Positions 16,177 to 20,000 of a DNA stretch of 20,000 bases are shown here, in pieces. The stretch is from an uncultured virus (IMG/VR IMGVR_UViG_2860841867_000002) (lineage: Duplodnaviria > Heunggongvirae > Uroviricota > Caudoviricetes), in IMG/VR virus record IMGVR_UViG_2860841867_000002, positions 47,746 through 67,745 of that record, one strand, 5' to 3'. A program made the position numbers and the translations under genes. The notes beneath the pieces were generated by a model. The model saw nothing but the letters and a program-made list of their open reading frames with translations. It had not been told where the DNA came from and ran no database searches. Position 1 is the first letter of the stretch, and the number at the start of each line of letters is the position of its first letter.

Positions 16177-16508
16177 CTTAGCGCCTCCTTTGCGTGTAAA
16201 TTTATTTCGTATAGCTCAGTAATCGGAACTAAATCGACTGGTTCTTCGGGAAGCTCCGACTTCGATTGGATTAACTTCAGCGCCTTCTTCAGCCGCTCGT
16301 TTTCCGCAATCAATCCGGCAAGGGCACAACGCAGGTCTGCGATTTCTTTAGCTTCCGGAAACAGATCGAACGTCGTCAACTCACGCTCTGATCCGTCTTC
16401 CTCCTTGATAAAAACGCCGCCCTCTCCCGGAGCAACCTCCCGCACCTCAATGCCGAGTTCCTTAGCGACCTTGATAATGTGGTCTATATCGAATTTTGGA
16501 ACGATCAT
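16173..16508 (-). CDS. Hypothetical protein
   Basis: 111-aa ORF with GGAGG RBS in the operon. Confidence 0.7.
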   Translation of the reverse strand: MIVPKFDIDHIIKVAKELGIEVREVAPGEGGVFIKEEDGSERELTTFDLFPEAKEIADLRCALAGLIAENERLKKALKLIQSKSELPEEPVDLVPITELYEINLHAKEALR

Positions 16509-16547
16509 TTTAACGCCTCCATTCCGTGTATTTTCGCCCTTCCAACG

Positions 16548-16889
16548 TCAGCCCTTACGATTACCCTCGAGCGTCAGCAAAGCCGCTAATTCCCCGCGAA
16601 ATTCCCGTATAATTCGTGCGAGCTCTTCCAGCGTCTTGGCGTCCGATAGTTTTACACGCCGATCCATGACGAACATGATTGCGCGATCAACGGATGAGAA
16701 GTACGCGATCTCCCGCCAACGTGCGATCGGTGACGGATCAAGATCGGGATTTTCGGCTAGCCGCTTCGGCCAGTTCGGCGCTTTCGTTGGATCGGTGAAA
16801 TAGCGTTCATTGACGATGATATTGCGTTCGTCTGACGTGAGTTTGTAATCGGGGGATAGCGTGATGTTAATCGTCATGAGTTTCGTCAT
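16548..16889 (-). CDS. Hypothetical phage protein
   Basis: 113-aa ORF with AAGGAG RBS; YKLTSDERNII...WREIAYF. Confidence 0.75.
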   Translation of the reverse strand: MTKLMTINITLSPDYKLTSDERNIIVNERYFTDPTKAPNWPKRLAENPDLDPSPIARWREIAYFSSVDRAIMFVMDRRVKLSDAKTLEELARIIREFRGELAALLTLEGNRKG

Positions 16890-16897
16890 CTCCTTCG

Positions 16898-17383
16898 TTA
16901 TCTGTTTTTAAAAACTTCGGTTACTGCACCGTTCTTATAGAAGATTCGAGCATCGGGCGTCGTCCATCCGTATTCGTCCGCTAGGAATTGAGCGTACTGT
17001 TCGACATTTTCGAAGGATACCTTTCCGGAGTAACTTCGGAATATATAATCGGACCAAGTTGGCGCAGTGTGGATCGGGTAATTACCGTATCGCGCCTTCC
17101 ATTCCTCCTCTTTTTCAGGCGAAGCTATATTCGAGTAAACCCCTGCTTCCCATCCTTTTTTGTTAATACGATCTAAATCGACTGGGTCTGCGATTCCCCA
17201 ACGATCTCCACAACAGTCGCAGTCAATACCTTCGCTTACTCCGTTCCAATAGACGCCAAGGCCTTCTGCAATTGTGTCCGCTTCTTCGTAAGAATTCGCC
17301 TCAATGAAGATCCGGTGACAAAGTTTATCATTCGTAAGGAAAGACCCACCGCTATTGTTCTGTGTATATTCGTAAAAAGCCAT
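16898..17383 (-). CDS. Hypothetical phage protein with QNNSGG and DCxCCGDRW motifs
   Basis: 161-aa ORF with AAGGGAG RBS. Confidence 0.8.
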   Translation of the reverse strand: MAFYEYTQNNSGGSFLTNDKLCHRIFIEANSYEEADTIAEGLGVYWNGVSEGIDCDCCGDRWGIADPVDLDRINKKGWEAGVYSNIASPEKEEEWKARYGNYPIHTAPTWSDYIFRSYSGKVSFENVEQYAQFLADEYGWTTPDARIFYKNGAVTEVFKNR

Positions 17384-17459
17384 ACTATCGTACTCCCTTC
17401 GTTATTATTAAAACCTAGCAATCGTTCGCATACGCTCACTCTTGCAGATGTTATTAATC

Positions 17460-17613
17460 GCGATATATCTTTTATTAAAAATATCCGCGCGAATGTATAT
17501 GAGCGCTATTATTAGTTTAGATAAATAAGTATAGTTAAATGAGTTTAGTTCGTCTTCAAACTGTGAAGTAGGTCACTTCAAGTCATGAAGGGGGTTACTA
17601 TCGTTTTTTGAAG
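17460..17613. other. Putative phage replication origin (iterons plus AT-rich tract)
   Basis: CTTCA-N5-TGAAG at 17554 and 17576, a degenerate copy at 17599, then AT-rich DNA at about 17460-17550. Confidence 0.5.
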
Positions 17614-17947
17614 TGCCGGAGTAAAACCACTCCGCCGGCTCCCACAACGTATACTCATTCGACGTCTGCCCGTTCTCTGTTTTGCGCTCGGTAATATCGA
17701 TTAATTCGAGTTCCTTTAGTCGACGCAATGCTGCCCGAACTGTATTCGAAGAGCATCGACATTTGTCTGCGATAGTCTGTACGCTTGGATGCGATTTCTT
17801 ACTCGTGTTGTCTGCGTAAAAACACAAGATCGAATATACGAGTTTCTGTATCGGCTTATCTAAATACGTCTCGTCTTCGAGGACCGCTTTCGTAACGCGG
17901 ACGAACCTGTGGTCGTGGAAATCAATCGGTCGCTTTTCGTTTGTCAT
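17573..17947 (-). CDS. Winged-HTH replication-initiator-like protein
   Basis: KLVYSILCFYAD...HPSVQTIADKCRCSSNTVRAALRRLKELELI...SNEY; likely start MTNEKR. Confidence 0.8.
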   Translation of the reverse strand: MTNEKRPIDFHDHRFVRVTKAVLEDETYLDKPIQKLVYSILCFYADNTSKKSHPSVQTIADKCRCSSNTVRAALRRLKELELIDITERKTENGQTSNEYTLWEPAEWFYSGTSKNDSNPLHDLK

Positions 17948-17954
17948 CCGTTTA

Positions 17955-18386
17955 TCACCCCGCAATCTCTTTCGTAATGATCTCCGGAAATTCTAGGTAG
18001 TCATCGAAGAACAGACGTCCATTTGCGTCTACAAAAGCGTTGCTGCCGACTGTATTCGAATACCTCAACGTAATACTCCTTTTATGCGGAAGATCGCGCC
18101 ATACTAGATACGCCGTTTTTCCGGAGTAAAAGTCGTGTAGCGCGAGGATGTCGAAATCGTCCTTACTATAGTGTTTACTCGAAGCGCTTGGACGGGTGAT
18201 ATCGAATTTTACCTTTTCACCGTCTTCAGAACGTGCGCTCTTAACTTGGACGCGATAAGCCTTTCCGTCCTTCTCAACGAGCACGTCGCATTCCGTATTC
18301 CCCATCGTAGGTAAGTACGGCTCGTAGCCCTTCAATATAAGATCGCTTACTACGATCATTTCCGCCGCTGCTCCCGTAATCCTCAT
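17955..18386 (-). CDS. PD-(D/E)XK endonuclease, group I intron-associated (I-Ssp6803I-like) type
   Basis: GAAAE...CDVLVE...RVQVKS...YSKDDFDIL. Confidence 0.75.
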   Translation of the reverse strand: MRITGAAAEMIVVSDLILKGYEPYLPTMGNTECDVLVEKDGKAYRVQVKSARSEDGEKVKFDITRPSASSKHYSKDDFDILALHDFYSGKTAYLVWRDLPHKRSITLRYSNTVGSNAFVDANGRLFFDDYLEFPEIITKEIAG

Positions 18387-18440
18387 TCTCGGTAATATGA
18401 CAACCGCCTCCTTTGCGTTAGTAACTCCCCGCTGTAGCCT

Positions 18441-18644
18441 TCATGAAATAATACCCGCGACTTTTCAAAACCGCACAATAAATTCGAAATTTTTCCGCCT
18501 TCACTTATAACTGCGCAACGACTTTCCGAAATGGACACCGTTTTTAAAATTTTGCTGTCATAAATAGATGCGGAGTCACTTTCGGAATGGCACACGTTTT
18601 TCTTCGTTCATTATTAGTTGCGAATAAACTTTCCGGATCGGACA
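18441..18644 (-). promoter_or_regulatory. Tandem array of four 37-bp promoter-like motifs
   Basis: Copies at 18441-18477, 18501-18537, 18558-18594 and 18608-18644 align without gaps. Confidence 0.65.
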
Positions 18645-18655
18645 GCGTTTTAGAC

Positions 18656-18686
18656 AAAAAAATAGACGCACTCAATCGTACGTCTA
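18656..18686 (-). terminator. Rho-independent terminator between queF and the promoter array
   Basis: TAGACGTAC-gattga-GTGCGTCTA followed by a T run on the minus strand. Confidence 0.8.
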
Positions 18687-18730
18687 CGTCACACTAGCAT
18701 TAATTTCCGCTTATATTATAGATAAAAAAC

Positions 18731-18780
18731 GTCACAGTGACGTCACACCGGCATCACACACCGGTCACACATCGATCACA
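18731..18780 (+). repeat. Five RTCACA direct repeats at an exact 11-bp period
   Basis: TCACA starts at 18732, 18743, 18754, 18765 and 18776; an extra copy is at 18689. Confidence 0.8.
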
Positions 18781-18806
18781 AACCTTCGCTTCATCTGCCC
18801 GCATCA

Positions 18807-19304
18807 TCACCGATTATCAATCGTCTCCGGATACAGATCATGGTTCATCATCCGATACTCGGCCATTTTTTCATACTTTGTGCCGGGCTTGCCGTAGTTG
18901 GTGTACGGGTCGATCGAGATTCCGCCCCTCGGCGTGAATTTGCCCCAGACTTCGATGTAGCGCGGGTCCATCAGCTCAATTAAATCGTTCATGATGATGT
19001 TCATGCAGTCTTCGTGAAAATCGCCGTGGTTTCGGAAACTGAAGAGATACAGTTTCAAAGACTTGCTTTCTACCATTTTTTTATCAGGGATGTAGCTGAT
19101 GTAGATCGTGGCAAAATCGGGCTGTCCGGTTTTCGGGCACAGCGATGTGAATTCAGGGCAGTTGAATTTCACGAAATAGTCCCTGTTTTCGTGTTTATTC
19201 GGGAAAGACTCAAGCACTTCCGGAGAATAGTCAAACAAATAATTGGTGCCTTGATTTCCAAGAAGGGTTACGCCTTCCAGTTCTGAATCTTTTCTTGTCG
19301 TCAT
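18807..19304 (-). CDS. queF: NADPH-dependent preQ0 reductase
   Basis: [29 protein letters not shown]; full length ending [10 protein letters not shown]. Confidence 0.98.
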   Translation of the reverse strand: MTTRKDSELEGVTLLGNQGTNYLFDYSPEVLESFPNKHENRDYFVKFNCPEFTSLCPKTGQPDFATIYISYIPDKKMVESKSLKLYLFSFRNHGDFHEDCMNIIMNDLIELMDPRYIEVWGKFTPRGGISIDPYTNYGKPGTKYEKMAEYRMMNHDLYPETIDNR

Positions 19305-19325
19305 CATTCATCTTCCTTTCTTAAA

Positions 19326-20000
19326 TCAAACACCCCGTTTGTTTCCCCAGATCAGGGTGTGGAGCTGCGGGAGAACGCGGACGCGGTTCAATTCAGGGTC
19401 GCGCGTGACCGCTTCTACCAGCTGTTCATATTTTTGGAGCAGCCGTTCGACGAGCCGCTCTTGGTCTTCTGTATGAACGTCATCATTTCCGACCTGAAGA
19501 AAAAACGGGATATCGGGATAACGCTGGTGAACTTGTTTTGCAAATTGAAGGTCGTCCGCCGTGAAAATGACGACCTTCAAACTTGCCGCAGCCGCCCGGC
19601 CGTGTTCCTTCAGCCTGTCAACAATATGATCAAGCCTGTTAAAATCGGTTTTCATATTGGAGCTCGGCGGCTTTGGCGAAATTGTTAAATCATCGATTCC
19701 GGTAAACCAGTCTTGATAAAACGTTCCTTGCGTCTCAAGCGCTGTCCGTATACCGTTTTCTTTTAAAAGGGAAATCAGTCCGTCCAGCTGTTTTAAAAGC
19801 GCCGGGTTGCCTCCTGAAATCGTAACGTGCGAGAATGCGTTTCCGCCGATGTCTTTAAGAGATTCGTACACTTCTTCCGCGGTCATCCATTTGATGTCTT
19901 TTTTCGCCGAACCGTCCCAGGTAAAAGCTGAATCGCACCAGCTGCACGAATAGTCACAGCCGGCTGTTCTGACAAACATCGTCTTTTGGCCGATGACCAT
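19326..20000 (-). CDS. queE: 7-carboxy-7-deazaguanine synthase (radical SAM), 5' end outside window
   Basis: FVRTAGCDYSCSWCDS, SGGNP, LETQG, SPKPPSS, LPQLH; upstream of queF. Confidence 0.97.
   Translation of the reverse strand: MVIGQKTMFVRTAGCDYSCSWCDSAFTWDGSAKKDIKWMTAEEVYESLKDIGGNAFSHVTISGGNPALLKQLDGLISLLKENGIRTALETQGTFYQDWFTGIDDLTISPKPPSSNMKTDFNRLDHIVDRLKEHGRAAAASLKVVIFTADDLQFAKQVHQRYPDIPFFLQVGNDDVHTEDQERLVERLLQKYEQLVEAVTRDPELNRVRVLPQLHTLIWGNKRGV

Larger units (their letters stand above)
1..18806. mobile_element. Temperate prophage (one end: replication and lysis-lysogeny modules), inserted at or just after the 3' end of queF
   Basis: Tightly packed co-oriented phage-type genes (PolA, gp32-like SSB, helicase, primase, loader, AimR, XREs) begin right after the host queF stop. 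The exact att core cannot be seen because the other junction is outside the window. Confidence 0.9.

Noticed and set aside
18383..18595. 70-aa minus-strand ORF
   Set aside because: It spans the promoter-like array, and has no convincing RBS or protein features.
18441..18644. Repeat array as a CRISPR or mini-CRISPR (a Cas4-like gene is in the window)
   Set aside because: Repeats are too degenerate and non-palindromic, gaps are only 13-23 bp of A/T tracts, and a lone copy precedes the sigma gene. A promoter fits better.
18807..20000. queE/queF as phage 7-deazaguanine DNA-modification genes
   Set aside because: They closely resemble the ordinary chromosomal Bacillus queCDEF genes, are cut off from the phage genes by a terminator, and no dpdA is visible.

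Overview
Bacillus subtilis-group chromosome. The right end (18807-20000, minus strand) carries the last two genes of the queuosine operon, queE (5' end cut by the window) and an intact queF. Everything to the left (1 to ~18800) is one end of a temperate prophage, almost all on the minus strand. It contains early/replication genes (PD-(D/E)XK endonuclease, HTH initiator with an iteron-like origin, DnaC-like loader, SLOG protein, DnaB-like helicase, primase), then a regulatory island (two XRE genes, aimR, an aimP peptide gene absent from the ORF track with predicted signal DPVPGG, and a phage sigma factor), then a gp32-like SSB, a second endonuclease, a family A DNA polymerase and a Cas4-like nuclease that runs off the left edge. 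The most interesting signal is a possible arbitrium-to-sigma-factor switch. The sigma gene sits in the position aimX normally occupies, behind an AimR-box-like inverted repeat and a promoter with no usable -35. A 37-bp promoter-like motif occurs once in front of the sigma gene and four times in tandem at the prophage end. No integrase or virion genes are in the window. All family assignments come from motif recognition, not database searches.
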